A DNA stretch of 64,000 nucleotides from Candidatus Binatia bacterium (GTDB lineage Bacteria > Desulfobacterota > Binatia > UBA9968 > JAJDTQ01): contig OY762897.2 in NCBI GenBank assembly GCA_963666515.2, forward strand, positions 64,001-128,000. Reading direction: 5' to 3'. Below, one piece after another: positions 1-11,112 of this stretch. The notes under the pieces are model-generated. The model had not been told where the DNA came from, did not search any database, and worked only from the letters and a program-made list of their open reading frames with translations. The first letter of the stretch is position 1. Every line of letters starts with the position of its first letter. The translations under genes and the position numbers were made by a program.

Positions 1-1
1 C

Positions 2-484
2 GGGACGATCCTCATATCGTGGAGTCCCGACCGCGGGTCCCCCAGCTATCGCTGGTGGCACATCCTGTTCCCGCTGAGCGCGGCGTTCCTTGCCGGCATC
101 GCGTTTCCGGTCCGACGCTACGGCCTGGACATCTCGAACGAGCCGCTCTTCTTCGCCGCGGTGCTGGCCACGGTGGCGTCCGTGTGTCTCGCCGTTTCCC
201 TGTCGGCGGGCGGCACGCGCGACCGAATCGCCTGGGACCGGCGCGCCGTGCTGCCGTTCGTGGCGGCGGGAGCCTTCGAGACCGTGGCGTCGCTGTTCTC
301 GCTCATCGCCGTGAGCATGGGCAAGGTGGTGGAGGTGGCCCCGCTGGTGGCCACCTCTCCCTTGTGGACCCTGCTCCTGACCCTGGTCGTGTTGCGCGGC
401 GTGGAACGGATCAGCGCGAAGTCGGCGGCGGGCACCCTCGCCGTGGTCGCCGGAACCATCACCATCATCGCTACAAGCCACTAA
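2..484 (+). CDS. EamA/DMT family transporter, 5'-truncated by window edge
   Basis: Frame is open from position 2 (GTILISW...AAFLAGIAFP...EPLFFAAV); hydrophobic and similar to the C-terminal half of the next gene. Confidence 0.85.
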   Translation, partial: GTILISWSPDRGSPSYRWWHILFPLSAAFLAGIAFPVRRYGLDISNEPLFFAAVLATVASVCLAVSLSAGGTRDRIAWDRRAVLPFVAAGAFETVASLFSLIAVSMGKVVEVAPLVATSPLWTLLLTLVVLRGVERISAKSAAGTLAVVAGTITIIATSH

Positions 485-499
485 CCGGACTTAGCCGTC

Positions 500-1360
500 A
501 TGCCGCCCGAGCTCATCGCCATCCTGTCCGCAATCCTCTATGCCCTGAGCTTCGTCCTCGCCCGCAAGGGCATGAGGTATTCCAACTCGGCCACCGTGAC
601 GGTGGTCTCCCTGATCGCCATGTCCGTGATGTTCGGTATTCCGGTGGTGATCCTCGGAGTGCCGTCGTGGCACTGGACCGCCCTCTGGCTGATCGTCATC
701 GCCGGGACCTTCCAGCCCTTCATCCGCCACTTGACCTACCAGGGCATGCAGATGATCGGCGCGGCGCGCACCGGCCCCCTGCGCGCCACCCACCCCTTCT
801 GGGCCGGGCTCATCGCGGTCACGCTGCTGGGAGAGGTGCTGACGCCGCGGGTGTTCCTCGGCAACGTCACGGTCATCGCCGGCATTATCGCGATTTCCTG
901 GCAGCGCGCCCAGGCGCGGATGGAGGTCTCGCGATGGTACGTCCTGTTGCCCATGACCGCGGCGTTCCTGGCCGGCGTCGCCTTCCCGTTGCGGCGGGCG
1001 GCGTTGACGCTCACCCCCGAGCCGCTGTTCTTCGCCGCGGTCATGGGCGTGGTGGGACTGCTGGTCGTGGGCATCGCCCAGGCCGTGCCGCGGCTGGTGC
1101 AACGCTACGTCTGGGACAGGCGGGCGCTGTGGGCGTTCGTGTGGGCCGGCGCCTTCGAATCGCTGGGCGGCGCGGGCATCCTCTACGCCCTCAACAAGGG
1201 GGAGGTCATCGTCGTCGCTCCCATCACGGCGACCCTGCCCATGTGGATCCTGCTGGCCACCGTGATCTTTCTCCGGGACATGGAGCGGGTCACCCGGACC
1301 ACCGTCCTCGGCACGGTGCTGGTAGTCGTCGGCATCATCCTGGTGACCACGGCCCGCTGA
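500..1360 (+). CDS. EamA/DMT family transporter
   Basis: 286 aa, about 10 TM segments, two-repeat EamA pattern (LLGE, VIVVAPI). Confidence 0.88.
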   Translation: MPPELIAILSAILYALSFVLARKGMRYSNSATVTVVSLIAMSVMFGIPVVILGVPSWHWTALWLIVIAGTFQPFIRHLTYQGMQMIGAARTGPLRATHPFWAGLIAVTLLGEVLTPRVFLGNVTVIAGIIAISWQRAQARMEVSRWYVLLPMTAAFLAGVAFPLRRAALTLTPEPLFFAAVMGVVGLLVVGIAQAVPRLVQRYVWDRRALWAFVWAGAFESLGGAGILYALNKGEVIVVAPITATLPMWILLATVIFLRDMERVTRTTVLGTVLVVVGIILVTTAR

Positions 1361-1375
1361 GCGCCGCCGAAGGGG

Positions 1376-3493
1376 TCACGGTTCCGCCAGCTCGAAGTCG
1401 ATCTCGCCCTGAAACAGCTTGACCCGCGCCACCCAGACGGTGACCGGGTCGCCCATGCGGAAGCTCCGGCCGTGGTTCTGGCCCTTGATGAGGTGGGCGG
1501 TGTCGTAATAGTGGTAGAAATCGTCGTCCAGGGACTTGAGGCTCACCAGTCCCTCCACGAACCAGCGGTCCAGCTCTACGAAGAAGCCAAACGTGGTCAG
1601 ATCGGTGATGACGCCGGAGTGCACCTCGCCGACCTTGCCGGTCATGAACTGGGCCTTCTTGAGGTCCACCATCTCTCGCTCCGCGTCCATGGCCAGGCGC
1701 TCGCGCCGGGAGCTGTAGTCCGCAGCCTCCCGGAGGTAGGCGTCCAGATCTTCCCGCGTATTGGAGTCAAGCTTCGGGCCGGTCATGGCCCGGTCGAGGA
1801 GCCGGTGGACCATGAGGTCGGGGTAGCGGCGGATGGGCGACGTGAAATGCAGGTAGGCGTCGGACGCCAGGCCAAAGTGGCCGATGTTCTCCCGGTCGTA
1901 GGTGGCCTGCTTCATGGAGCGCAGCAGCATCCGGTTGAGCACGCGTTCCTCGGGCTTGCCGCGGCACGCTTCCAGGACGAGCTGGAGCTCCCGGGACGAT
2001 ATCTTTTCCCCGCTCCGGTGGAGTCGGTATCCGAGGGTGGAAAGGAACGGGCCGATGGCGTCCAGGGTGTCCTCGTCAGGGCCTTCGTGCACCCGGTACA
2101 CGCACGGAAACTTGCGCTTACGGAGGTGCGCCGCCACGGCTTCGTTGGCGGCGATCATGAACTCCTCGATCATTCGGTGGGCGATGGTGCGATCGGCGCG
2201 GCGGATGTCGGTGGGCAGGCCGTGGTCGTCGAGCAGGATTTCCGTTTCCGGGAGCTCGAAGTCCAGGCTTCCGCGAGCGCGCCGCCGGTCCATGAGGAGG
2301 TGCGTCAGTTCCTCCATGGCGCGGAGAGAGTCGATCAGTTGCGGGTACTGCCCGATGACGGAGGCGTCCCGGTCCACCAGCATGCGTCCCACCTCGGTGT
2401 AGGTGAGCCGGGCGTCGCTAAGGATCACGGACCGGAAGAACTCCGTCCGCTCCACCGCTCCCTTGCCGTCGAACTCCAGCAGCGCCGTGCGCGCAAGCCG
2501 GTCCTCCCCCGGCTTGAGGCTGCAGATGCCGGTGGACAGCGCCGGCGGCAGCATGGGCAGGGCGCGGTCCGGGAAGTACACGCTGGTGCCGCGGGCGTAG
2601 GCCTCGACGTCCAGAGCGGAGTCCCGGGGCACGTAGTGGGCCACGTCGGCGATGGACACGTAGAGTCGGTAGCCGTCGCCCGTCCGCTCGATGCCGACGG
2701 CGTCATCGAAATCGCGGGCGGTCTCGCCGTCCACGGTGAAGGTGGTGAGGGCGCGCAGGTCGCGGCGCCCAGCCAGACTCGCCGGGACCCCGGCCGCGGC
2801 GTGGCGCTCCGCCTCCTGCCGCGCGTCCTCTGAGAAATCCTCGGGAAAGCCGTAGCGGAAGATCACCGCCCGGGCCTGGACCTCGGGGTCGTCCGGCGAG
2901 CCCAGCAGCCGTTCGAGCCGGGCTTCGGCGGGCGTGTAGCCGCCGCCGTAGCGGGTCATCTCCACCGCCGCCACCTGGCCGTCGGGCAACGGCGCGTTCG
3001 CGGCCAGCGGAATCGCGGGGGCGATGCGCGGGTCCATGGGCACCACCAGCGTGCGGTCTCCGTCGGTCTGGACCACGCCAACGATGCGGCGCTGGCCCCG
3101 CTCCAGCACTTCCACCACGTGTCCCTGGCTGTCCCCGTGGCGCTTCTTCTCCGGGCGCACCAGCACGCGGTCGCCGTGCATCACCCGCCGCATCTCCCTG
3201 CGGCTGAGGTAGATGTCCTCCATCCCCTTTTGGTCGGGAATCACGAAACCGAAGCCGTCGGGATGCCCCTGCACGACCCCGGACACGACGCTGGCGGCCT
3301 TGGCGAGGGTGTAGTGGTTCTTGTGGAGGCGGATCACCTTGCGCTCGTGGATCAATTCCTTGAGCGCATCGACCACCGTTTCCCGGTCCGGCTTGCCGAA
3401 CCCTTTTCGTATCTCTTTCAGGCTGAAGCGGTGGCCCGGCCGGGCCAGCATGAACGAAAGGATGCGGGGCTTGAGGGTGGAGGGGTCACTCAT
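1376..3493 (-). CDS. rnr: Ribonuclease R
   Basis: HPDGFGF cold-shock domain, TVDGETARDFDDA and HFTSPIRRYPDL RNB motifs, C-terminal S1 domain. Confidence 0.96.
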   Translation of the reverse strand: MSDPSTLKPRILSFMLARPGHRFSLKEIRKGFGKPDRETVVDALKELIHERKVIRLHKNHYTLAKAASVVSGVVQGHPDGFGFVIPDQKGMEDIYLSRREMRRVMHGDRVLVRPEKKRHGDSQGHVVEVLERGQRRIVGVVQTDGDRTLVVPMDPRIAPAIPLAANAPLPDGQVAAVEMTRYGGGYTPAEARLERLLGSPDDPEVQARAVIFRYGFPEDFSEDARQEAERHAAAGVPASLAGRRDLRALTTFTVDGETARDFDDAVGIERTGDGYRLYVSIADVAHYVPRDSALDVEAYARGTSVYFPDRALPMLPPALSTGICSLKPGEDRLARTALLEFDGKGAVERTEFFRSVILSDARLTYTEVGRMLVDRDASVIGQYPQLIDSLRAMEELTHLLMDRRRARGSLDFELPETEILLDDHGLPTDIRRADRTIAHRMIEEFMIAANEAVAAHLRKRKFPCVYRVHEGPDEDTLDAIGPFLSTLGYRLHRSGEKISSRELQLVLEACRGKPEERVLNRMLLRSMKQATYDRENIGHFGLASDAYLHFTSPIRRYPDLMVHRLLDRAMTGPKLDSNTREDLDAYLREAADYSSRRERLAMDAEREMVDLKKAQFMTGKVGEVHSGVITDLTTFGFFVELDRWFVEGLVSLKSLDDDFYHYYDTAHLIKGQNHGRSFRMGDPVTVWVARVKLFQGEIDFELAEP

Positions 3494-3750
3494 GGGGCGA
3501 GATCGACCAGGAGCCAGTCATCGCCGAGATCCGCGGGCCGCGGAATCTCCTCCAGGTCCACTTCATCGGCCAGGGCGGCCAATACCTCGCGGGCCAGGGT
3601 CAGGGAGTCCTCCAGCACCAGGAGGACGATGACCGCCTCCACGGGGTCCACCGTGCGGATGATGCCGAGCAGCTCGTAGGACTCCACGATGAACTTGATG
3701 TACGCGATGTCCTGCGTGCGTACACGGAGATAAAGCTCGTGGACATCCAT
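3490..3750 (-). CDS. DUF4911-like small protein
   Basis: IAYIKFIVESYE..GIIRTVD motif; 4-nt overlap with the rnr start. Confidence 0.75.
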   Translation of the reverse strand: MDVHELYLRVRTQDIAYIKFIVESYELLGIIRTVDPVEAVIVLLVLEDSLTLAREVLAALADEVDLEEIPRPADLGDDWLLVDLAP

Positions 3751-3816
3751 GCCTGTCAGGGGAACGGGTTGTGGGCGCGGCGGCGCGAAAGAGACCCGGG
3801 CCGAGCCCGGCGCCGT

Positions 3817-6438
3817 TCAGCGCAGCATCTCCCGGAAGCCCTGTCCCAGTCTCTTCCACAGGTTGAAGCCGCCATTGGGGTCGGTCCTCGGCGGCCTCTC
3901 TTCGGCGAGCTTGTCGTACATGTAGCGGGTGAGCTGCACGACGTCGGGCCGGGCGGTCACGTCGGGGATGTTGCCGGTGAGCCGGAAGGGCAGGCTGACG
4001 CTGTCGGTATCGAGGAGATAACGGACGTTGCGGTAGCGTCCGCTCAAGTCACGGGAGAACGCGGACGACAGGACCAGGGTGGCCCGAAGGTCCACACCGC
4101 CGTCTGGGTCCGCCCAGCCTCTTCCGACGATGCTGTACTCGTCGGCGATCAGCAGCAGATCGTTGCTGCGGAGCCGGCCGTTGTCGATAGTCAACGTGCC
4201 CTCGGCGGTTCTGAAGGATGCCCGGTCGTCCCGCACCAGCGAGACGAACGCGGGTCCTGCCGTGTCGATGCGGTCGATGCCTTCTACGGTATCCAGGGCC
4301 GCAAGCACGCGGCGGACAAGGTTGAAGTTGGAGAAGACGCCCTTGTCCAGGGTGAAACGTCCTCGTCCGCTGAGGTTGCGGACTACGGACGGCCAGTCTT
4401 TTCCGGAGATACTGAACCGCCCCGTCAGGTCCAGGCGCGCTTTGAGGGGCTCCTTCGTGCCGAGAGGGAAGAGAGCGAGAACGCTCGCTACGTCCACGTC
4501 CTCCACGGTCGGGTTCAACTCGATGGCGAAGCCTTGGCCGTCGCGGTGGGTTAATGCGCCGTCACCCCGGATCCTGCCCCCCAGCGTCTCGACGTCAAGC
4601 CTGTCGACCTTCACCTCGGCCCCGGTCCAGCGCACCATACCCCGCAGATTGCGGTAATTGATGCCCTTCAGGCGTCCGTTGCTCGACGCCAAGTGCCCCT
4701 TGACGGACAGCACGCCCTTGGTGAACCCCGCGGATCCTTCGCTCACGAGGTTGTTGAAGGAATCGGCCCGGTGCGCCGCGTCTCCGGTGACGTCGGCAAG
4801 GTTCAGCAGACTGGACTGGAGACTGTAGTGCAGGACAGGCCGGCTCAGGTCCGCCAGCAGCCCCCGTACCTGGAGGTCCGACAGCCCCGACCTCCACTGA
4901 AGCTTTTGGATCTCGATGTCCCGCCCACGGAACTCCAGCTCTCCCTGGAGCCCCTGGATGTTCCTGTGCGTCCCCGGCGGGCCGATGACGTTGACGTTGG
5001 CCAGCCGCAGGCCGCCGGTGATGTTCGGCGGTTCGTTCCGCGGAGCCGACTTCCGCTCCAGCGAGAATCGGGCGCTCACGGTGCCGTCGAGCCGGTAGCC
5101 GTCGCTTGCCGGCACCAGGGCTTGCCATCCCGCCAGCGGCAACTCGCCGGTCTCGACGCGCAACCGGACCACGTGATCCGGGTCCTCACGGATGGAACCC
5201 GAAAACGTCACCGTCCCGTTGTGAAACCGCGCCCGGGACTCGTTGATGAGCAGGTGGTCCTTGCGCAACCTCATGGCCAGATCCACGCGGGCAGCCACCC
5301 CGGGCGCTTTGTGGAGCCACTTGCCGTACCGGACCGCGTTGGCGTCCGCGGTCACCGACGTGTGAATCTTCAGGTCGCCGAGCCGTCCTTCGATGTCGTT
5401 GGAGAGGGTAAGGTCTTCGTGCACCACCAGCGCCGCCGGCAACACGCGGTCCACCCAGGGAATCTGCCGGATCTGGTCGAGAGTCACCGGCCCCAGTTGC
5501 AGCTCGGCCTTGACGCGGCCGCCATTCCACGATGCCGCCTTGGAAAAGTCCACACCGCCGGCCAGCGTGGCATTGTCGGAGGCCTCGCCGAACAGGCGTC
5601 CGGTGACGCGCATTTCCGACAACCGGGGCCGGTGCAGCTTGCCGGACACGCGCGCGGTCACGGCCAGAGGCCCGGAGGGGCGAAGGTAGCCGGGCAGATG
5701 ATTTTCCAGCAGCTTCCAGCCGCGCTCGGCAACCACTTGCGGCAGCGACGCGGCGTTCAACTTCAGGTCCACCGGGTTCTCGGTCCACCTGGACAGCGGC
5801 CGTGACGTGCCGACTGTGCCGGTCACCGAGAACGGCTGCCCGCCGTCGGAGTCGAGGGATGCGGAGAGATCGACGTGAATACGTTGTTCCCGCGACCATT
5901 GGAGAGCCGCGGCGAGGTGGTGCAGCCGCAGTTCCTCGGGTTTGTCCGAGGAGCGGTCGATGAAGTAGAGCCTGCCTCCGTTGGCGCGGACCGTGGTGCC
6001 GGCCCGGTGCGCCGATTGGAACCCCGATTCGAGGGGCTGTGCCGGAGTGAAGATGTTGACGTCGCCGTACTCGTTGCGGATGACCTGGATCTCGGGCTGG
6101 CTCAGGACGATGTCGGAAACCGTGGGGTTGCCGGTGAGCAGGGACCACCACCCCAGAGAGATGGTCGCCTGGTTCGTGTGCACCAGCGGGGTGGCGGCGA
6201 ACTTCGGGTCGTCGGCGACACGCAGGTCGGTGACCGTGATGCCGAGGCTTCCCGGGTGCCCGAGGAAACTGAGGTGGACCGCGTCGAAGGTCACCGCACG
6301 GCCGACGGCGGCCTCCATCTGCCGGCGTATAGCGTCCTTGCGGCTATCCAGAAACGCTTCCAGCCCCACCACCGCGACCACCGCCAGAACCGCGGTCAGC
6401 GACAGGAAAACCAGGAGCCTGGATACCTTGCTTTTCAT
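3817..6438 (-). CDS. AsmA-family (AsmA-like) protein
   Basis: 873 aa, N-terminal TM anchor, beta-rich body, C-terminal LPFRLTGN..D.T.RPD pattern. Confidence 0.85.
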   Translation of the reverse strand: MKSKVSRLLVFLSLTAVLAVVAVVGLEAFLDSRKDAIRRQMEAAVGRAVTFDAVHLSFLGHPGSLGITVTDLRVADDPKFAATPLVHTNQATISLGWWSLLTGNPTVSDIVLSQPEIQVIRNEYGDVNIFTPAQPLESGFQSAHRAGTTVRANGGRLYFIDRSSDKPEELRLHHLAAALQWSREQRIHVDLSASLDSDGGQPFSVTGTVGTSRPLSRWTENPVDLKLNAASLPQVVAERGWKLLENHLPGYLRPSGPLAVTARVSGKLHRPRLSEMRVTGRLFGEASDNATLAGGVDFSKAASWNGGRVKAELQLGPVTLDQIRQIPWVDRVLPAALVVHEDLTLSNDIEGRLGDLKIHTSVTADANAVRYGKWLHKAPGVAARVDLAMRLRKDHLLINESRARFHNGTVTFSGSIREDPDHVVRLRVETGELPLAGWQALVPASDGYRLDGTVSARFSLERKSAPRNEPPNITGGLRLANVNVIGPPGTHRNIQGLQGELEFRGRDIEIQKLQWRSGLSDLQVRGLLADLSRPVLHYSLQSSLLNLADVTGDAAHRADSFNNLVSEGSAGFTKGVLSVKGHLASSNGRLKGINYRNLRGMVRWTGAEVKVDRLDVETLGGRIRGDGALTHRDGQGFAIELNPTVEDVDVASVLALFPLGTKEPLKARLDLTGRFSISGKDWPSVVRNLSGRGRFTLDKGVFSNFNLVRRVLAALDTVEGIDRIDTAGPAFVSLVRDDRASFRTAEGTLTIDNGRLRSNDLLLIADEYSIVGRGWADPDGGVDLRATLVLSSAFSRDLSGRYRNVRYLLDTDSVSLPFRLTGNIPDVTARPDVVQLTRYMYDKLAEERPPRTDPNGGFNLWKRLGQGFREMLR

Positions 6439-6571
6439 TCGTCGAGGTCTTGCGGCCTGCTACCCCCTGAACGAAATCCTGCTCCAGTCGAGGAGAGGCC
6501 GTCTAACGTACCAGAATATATAACATTCGATGGCGCGTCGCCAATCCATTTGTCATGGCCGCCGAGGGCCG

Positions 6572-7771
6572 TCAGGCCCTTTCCACGATGGTCGCGATGC
6601 CCTGTCCCACGCCGATGCACATGGCGGCCATGCCGTAGCGGCTGCCCCGCCGTCTCATCTCGTGGATCAGCGTGGTCATGATCCGTGCGCCGCTGCAACC
6701 CAAAGGGTGCCCCAGGGCGATGGCGCCGCCGTTGACGTTGACCTTGTCCGGGTCGAGGTCCAGCTCCCTGACGCAGGCCAGCGACTGGGACGCGAACGCC
6801 TCGTTGATCTCCACCAGGTCCAACTGATCCGCGGTGAGCCCCGCCCGCGCGAGCGCCTTGCGGCTGGCCGGTATCGGCCCGATGCCCATGAAGGCGGGGT
6901 CCACCCCCGCCACCGCGGAAGCGACGATCCGCACCATGGGCTTGAGCTTCAACGCTTCCGCCTTCTCGCGGGAGGCCACCACCAGCGCCGCGGCGCCGTC
7001 CGACAACGGCGACGAGTTGCCCGCGGTGACCGTGCCGTTCTTGACGAAGGCCGGCCTCAAGGCGGCGAGCTGTTCCAGGCTAGTATCCGGCCGCGGCCCT
7101 TCATCGCGGCCGTGGACCACCGGGTCGCCGCGCCGGGCGGGCGCGGCCACGGGAATGATCTCGTCGTCCAGGCGCCCGGCCTCCTGAGCCGCCACCGCGT
7201 TGCGATGGCTCCTGAGTCCGAAGGCGTCCTGCTCCTCCCGGCTGACCGAGTACTTCTCCGCCACGTTCTCCGCGGTCTCGCCCAGGCTGATGAGCGGGTA
7301 CAGTTCGCCCATGCGGGGGTTGGGGAAACGCCACCCGAGCACGCTGTCGTAGACCGTGACGTCGCCCCGGGCGAACGCGACGCCGCCCTTGGGCATCACC
7401 AGCGGCGCGCGGGTCATCATCTCCACGCCGCCGGCCACGAACAGGTCCCCCTCCTCGGCCCCTACCGCCCGTCCGGCCTGGTTGACCGCCTCCAGCCCGG
7501 AGCCGCAAAGGCGGTTCACGGTGGCGCCGGGCACCGAGTCCGGAATGCCCGCCAGCAGCGATGCGTTGCGGCCGACGTTACGGCAGTCCTCCCCGGCCTG
7601 GTTCGTGCAGCCGAGGATCACGTCCTCGATGGTCGCCTTGTCGATGCCGTTCCGGGCGATGAGCTTCGCGATGACGTGCGCCGCCAGATCATCCGGGCGG
7701 ATGTCCTTGAGGATTCCTCCATAGCGCCCCATGGGAGTGCGGGCGGCGTCGACGATGACGGCTTCGGGCAT
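6572..7771 (-). CDS. paaJ: Acetyl-CoA C-acyltransferase (PaaJ/PcaF-type thiolase)
   Basis: [32 protein letters not shown] and CIGVGQG thiolase motifs; paa-like operon. Confidence 0.85.
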   Translation of the reverse strand: MPEAVIVDAARTPMGRYGGILKDIRPDDLAAHVIAKLIARNGIDKATIEDVILGCTNQAGEDCRNVGRNASLLAGIPDSVPGATVNRLCGSGLEAVNQAGRAVGAEEGDLFVAGGVEMMTRAPLVMPKGGVAFARGDVTVYDSVLGWRFPNPRMGELYPLISLGETAENVAEKYSVSREEQDAFGLRSHRNAVAAQEAGRLDDEIIPVAAPARRGDPVVHGRDEGPRPDTSLEQLAALRPAFVKNGTVTAGNSSPLSDGAAALVVASREKAEALKLKPMVRIVASAVAGVDPAFMGIGPIPASRKALARAGLTADQLDLVEINEAFASQSLACVRELDLDPDKVNVNGGAIALGHPLGCSGARIMTTLIHEMRRRGSRYGMAAMCIGVGQGIATIVERA

Positions 7772-7837
7772 GACGTGCCTTTCGGGCGCCTGAAAGGCGC
7801 CGGTCAGAATGAATATTCCAGTAATAGGGTCCGGCGG

Positions 7838-8587
7838 TCAAGCGGCGCCGCCGCCCTTTTCCCCGTGCTGGTAGAACCCCCGTCCGGTGGTTTCGCCGAG
7901 ATGGCCGGACGCGACCATCTTTCTGAGCAGGGGCGCGGGCCGGTAACGGTCGTCGCCGGTCTCTTCCTGGAGCCCTTCGATGACCGCCAGCACCTCGTCC
8001 AGGCCGATCTCGTCGGCCCAGCGGAGCGGTCCCTGGGGGTAGTTGGTCCCGAGCCTGAGTGCGATGTCGATCTCCTCCGCGGTGGCGATGCCCTCGTCCA
8101 GGCTGCGCGCGGCTTCGTTGATGATGAGGCTCAGGATCCGCGGGAACACGAGGCCGGGAGCGTCCTTGACCTCGGCGCTCTCCTTGCCGACGCTGCGCAC
8201 CAGGGATTCCGCGGCCCGGAAGGCTTCGTCCGCGGTGTCGAGCCCGCGCGCCAGCTCGATGACGTTTCGTTGCGCGAGGGGGTGGAAGGTGGCGAAACCC
8301 ACGACCCTCTCCGGCCGCCGGCTCCAGCAGGCGATGGCGTTGGCGGACCAGCGGACGCACGAAGTCAGCACCAACGCGGCCCCCGGCGCCGCGGCGTCGA
8401 GTTCCTCCAGCAGCCGCCGCTTGTCCTCGTACGCGTCGGCCAGGGTGTCCACCACCACGTCGGTTGCCGGATCCACCTCCGCGCCGCGCGCGTATCGCGC
8501 GCACGTGATGTCGCTATCGGCGGCGAGCCGCTGCCAGTCATCCGCCAGCCGGTTGGTCCCGAGGATCGCAACCTTACTTGGACTCAT
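7838..8587 (-). CDS. 3-hydroxyacyl-CoA dehydrogenase-family protein with degenerate NAD site (C-terminal half of PaaH)
   Basis: [16 protein letters not shown] and [10 protein letters not shown] motifs; lacks GxGxxG (ILGTNRLA). Confidence 0.8.
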   Translation of the reverse strand: MSPSKVAILGTNRLADDWQRLAADSDITCARYARGAEVDPATDVVVDTLADAYEDKRRLLEELDAAAPGAALVLTSCVRWSANAIACWSRRPERVVGFATFHPLAQRNVIELARGLDTADEAFRAAESLVRSVGKESAEVKDAPGLVFPRILSLIINEAARSLDEGIATAEEIDIALRLGTNYPQGPLRWADEIGLDEVLAVIEGLQEETGDDRYRPAPLLRKMVASGHLGETTGRGFYQHGEKGGGAA

Positions 8588-9437
8588 AGTCGTAGAAGCC
8601 CTTCCCGGTCTTCCGTCCCAGGTGTCCGGCGAGATACAGCTTCTGCTGCAACGGGCTCGGCCGGAATCGCGGGTCCTCGAAGAAGGCCCGGTACAGGGTC
8701 TCGGTGGCGGTGAAGTTGATGTCGATGCCGATGAGGTCCTGAAGCTCGAAGGGACCCATGCGGAAGCCGCCGGATTCCCGCATGATCCGGTCCACCGTCT
8801 CCACCTCGACGCCGCCGTCGCTCAGGATGCGCAGGGCCTCGTTGTAGAAGGGCCGTGCGATGCGGTTGACGATGAAGCCGGGCGTGTCCTTGGCGCGCAC
8901 CGGGGTCTTTCCGAACCTCCGGGTGATGTCCGCGGCCTTGGCCACCGTCGCGTCGCTGGTCAGCTCGCCCTGCACCACCTCCACCAGCCGCATGAGCGGC
9001 GCGGGATTGAAGAAGTGCATGCCGAGGACGCGGGAGGCGTCCTTCACCGCGCCGCCGATGGCCGTCACCGACAGCGAGGAGGTGTTGGTGGCCAGGAGCG
9101 TTTCCGCGGCGCAGGCGGCGTCCAGCTTCTGGAACAGCTCCCGCTTGACCTGGAGGTTCTCCGTGGCCGCTTCGATGACCAGGGCGGCGTCGGCAAGGTC
9201 CTCCAGGTCCAGGGAGCCGCCGAGGCGGGACAGGATGCGCTTCTCCTCGGCCTCGTCGATGTTGCCCTTCTCCCGGCTGCGTCCGATGAACCCGCGGATC
9301 CTTGAAAGCCCCCGGTCGAGGAACTCCTGGGAGATGTCGTAGACCACCGCCTCGAAGCCGCCCTGGACGGCGACCTGCGCGATGCCGGCGCCCATGGTTC
9401 CGGCGCCGATCACCCCGATCCTGTTCTCGTTGACCAT
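8574..9437 (-). CDS. paaH: 3-hydroxyacyl-CoA dehydrogenase (PaaH N-terminal half/Hbd-like)
   Basis: [37 protein letters not shown]. Confidence 0.85.
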   Translation of the reverse strand: MVNENRIGVIGAGTMGAGIAQVAVQGGFEAVVYDISQEFLDRGLSRIRGFIGRSREKGNIDEAEEKRILSRLGGSLDLEDLADAALVIEAATENLQVKRELFQKLDAACAAETLLATNTSSLSVTAIGGAVKDASRVLGMHFFNPAPLMRLVEVVQGELTSDATVAKAADITRRFGKTPVRAKDTPGFIVNRIARPFYNEALRILSDGGVEVETVDRIMRESGGFRMGPFELQDLIGIDINFTATETLYRAFFEDPRFRPSPLQQKLYLAGHLGRKTGKGFYDYESK

Positions 9438-9473
9438 GATGGATTCCCGGAGCGCCGAGACTTCCCCCGGAGC

Positions 9474-10256
9474 CTACTCCCCCTTGAACACGGGCGCGCG
9501 CTTCTCCATGAAGGCCCGGACGCCTTCGTCGTAGTCGGAGGTGCGGCCGGCGATCTCCTGGGTGCTGGCCTCGTATTCGAGCTGGGCTTCGAGATCGGCG
9601 TACATGGACCGGTTGAGCGTCCTCTTGATCAGGCCGGCGCTGCGGGGCCCTTGCGCCAGCCGCTCGGCCATGGCCCGGGCCTCCGCGGCCAGCTCGGCTG
9701 CCGGGACGACCTTCGCCACCAGCCCGTAGCGGAGCGCGTCCTGCGCGCCCAGGGGCTCTCCCAGCAGGAACATCTCGGTGGCCTTGCTGAGGCCGATGAG
9801 CCGCGGCATGAAGTAGCTGCCGCCGCAGTCCGGTCCCAGGCCCACCCGCACGAACGCTTCGATGAAGCGGGCGTTGTCCGAGGCGATGCGCAGGTCGCAG
9901 GCCAGGGTGAGGTTGCATCCCGCTCCCGCAGCCACGCCGTTGACGGCGCAAAGCACGATCTTCTCGGTCCGGCGGATGGCGAGGATGATGGGGTTGTAGC
10001 GGTCCCTCAGGGACTCGCCCAGGGACCCCTTCCGGTCCGGGGAGCGTTCCTTGAGATCCTGTCCGGCGCAGAACGCGCGGTCGCCGGCCCCGGTGAGGAC
10101 GAAGCAGCGGACCGCCTTGTCCCGGTTGCCGTCCTTGAGGGCGTCCAGGAGTTCCCGGTTCATCTGCGGCGTGAAGGCGTTGAGGGCCTGGGGCCGGTTC
10201 AGGGTGATGGTGGCGACGCCGTCCCGCTTTTCGTAGAGAATGGTTTCGTAGCTCAT
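9474..10256 (-). CDS. paaG: Enoyl-CoA hydratase/isomerase, PaaG-like
   Basis: [16 protein letters not shown] and VNGVAAGAG match PaaG-type crotonases. Confidence 0.78.
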   Translation of the reverse strand: MSYETILYEKRDGVATITLNRPQALNAFTPQMNRELLDALKDGNRDKAVRCFVLTGAGDRAFCAGQDLKERSPDRKGSLGESLRDRYNPIILAIRRTEKIVLCAVNGVAAGAGCNLTLACDLRIASDNARFIEAFVRVGLGPDCGGSYFMPRLIGLSKATEMFLLGEPLGAQDALRYGLVAKVVPAAELAAEARAMAERLAQGPRSAGLIKRTLNRSMYADLEAQLEYEASTQEIAGRTSDYDEGVRAFMEKRAPVFKGE

Positions 10257-11026
10257 GTTCCCTTGAACTCGGGCTTGCGCTTGTCGAGGAAAGCCTTCAT
10301 GCCTTCCCGCCGGTCCTCGGACGCGAACAGCGTGTAGAACGACTTGCGCTCGAAGGCAAGACCTTCGTCAAGGGGCGTGTTGGCGGCCTTGAGGACGGCT
10401 TCCTTGGCGAAGCGGATGGCGATGGGCGGCTTGCGCGCGATGGTGTGGGCCATGGCCCTGGCTTCGTCCAGCAGCACCTCCACCGGCACCACCTTGTTGA
10501 CCAGACCGCAGCGCTCGGCCTCGGCCGCGTTCATGAACCGGCCGGTGAGCACCAGCTCCATGGCCTTGTGCTTGCCCACCAGGTGAGTGAGCCGCTGGGT
10601 CCCGCCGGAACCCGGGATGACGCCCAGGTTGACCTCGGGCTGGCCGAAGACCGCGGACTCCGAGGCGATGATGATGTCGCAGCTCATGGCCAGCTCGCAG
10701 CCGCCGCCGAGGGCGAAGCCGCTCACCGCGGCGATGACCGGCTTGGCGAGGTGGTTCAGGCGGTCGCGCAACACCAGCCGGTCGTGCGCCGTGCCGGCGA
10801 ACGGTGTGGCGTCCACCATCTCGTTGATGTCGGCGCCGGCGGCGAACACCCGTTCGCCCCCGGTGATGATGAAGACCCGCACGGAGTCGTCGCGGTCAAG
10901 CTCTTCGAAGGCCGTGCACAGGTCCTTGCACAGGCCGTAGGACAACGCATTGAGCTGTTTCGGGCGGTTCAGGGTGGCGACGGCCACGGGACCGTCCCGG
11001 TCGATCACGATGTTCTCGAAGTCCAT
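10253..11026 (-). CDS. paaF: Enoyl-CoA hydratase, PaaF-like
   Basis: [35 protein letters not shown]. Confidence 0.8.
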   Translation of the reverse strand: MDFENIVIDRDGPVAVATLNRPKQLNALSYGLCKDLCTAFEELDRDDSVRVFIITGGERVFAAGADINEMVDATPFAGTAHDRLVLRDRLNHLAKPVIAAVSGFALGGGCELAMSCDIIIASESAVFGQPEVNLGVIPGSGGTQRLTHLVGKHKAMELVLTGRFMNAAEAERCGLVNKVVPVEVLLDEARAMAHTIARKPPIAIRFAKEAVLKAANTPLDEGLAFERKSFYTLFASEDRREGMKAFLDKRKPEFKGT

Positions 11027-11037
11027 ACAGAGTCAGA

Positions 11038-11110
11038 GCTATACACTATGACATATGGGGATTCAACGTAAGGCGGTTTCGTTGACTTCAAAAACGCCAT
11101 CTGACAAGAT
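11038..11110. promoter_or_regulatory. Divergent sigma70-like promoters between the paa-like operon and tetR
   Basis: Minus strand TTGAAT-N17-TATAGC (11066-11038); plus strand TTGACT-N17-CAAGAT (11082-11110). Confidence 0.5.
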
Positions 11111-11112
11111 CC

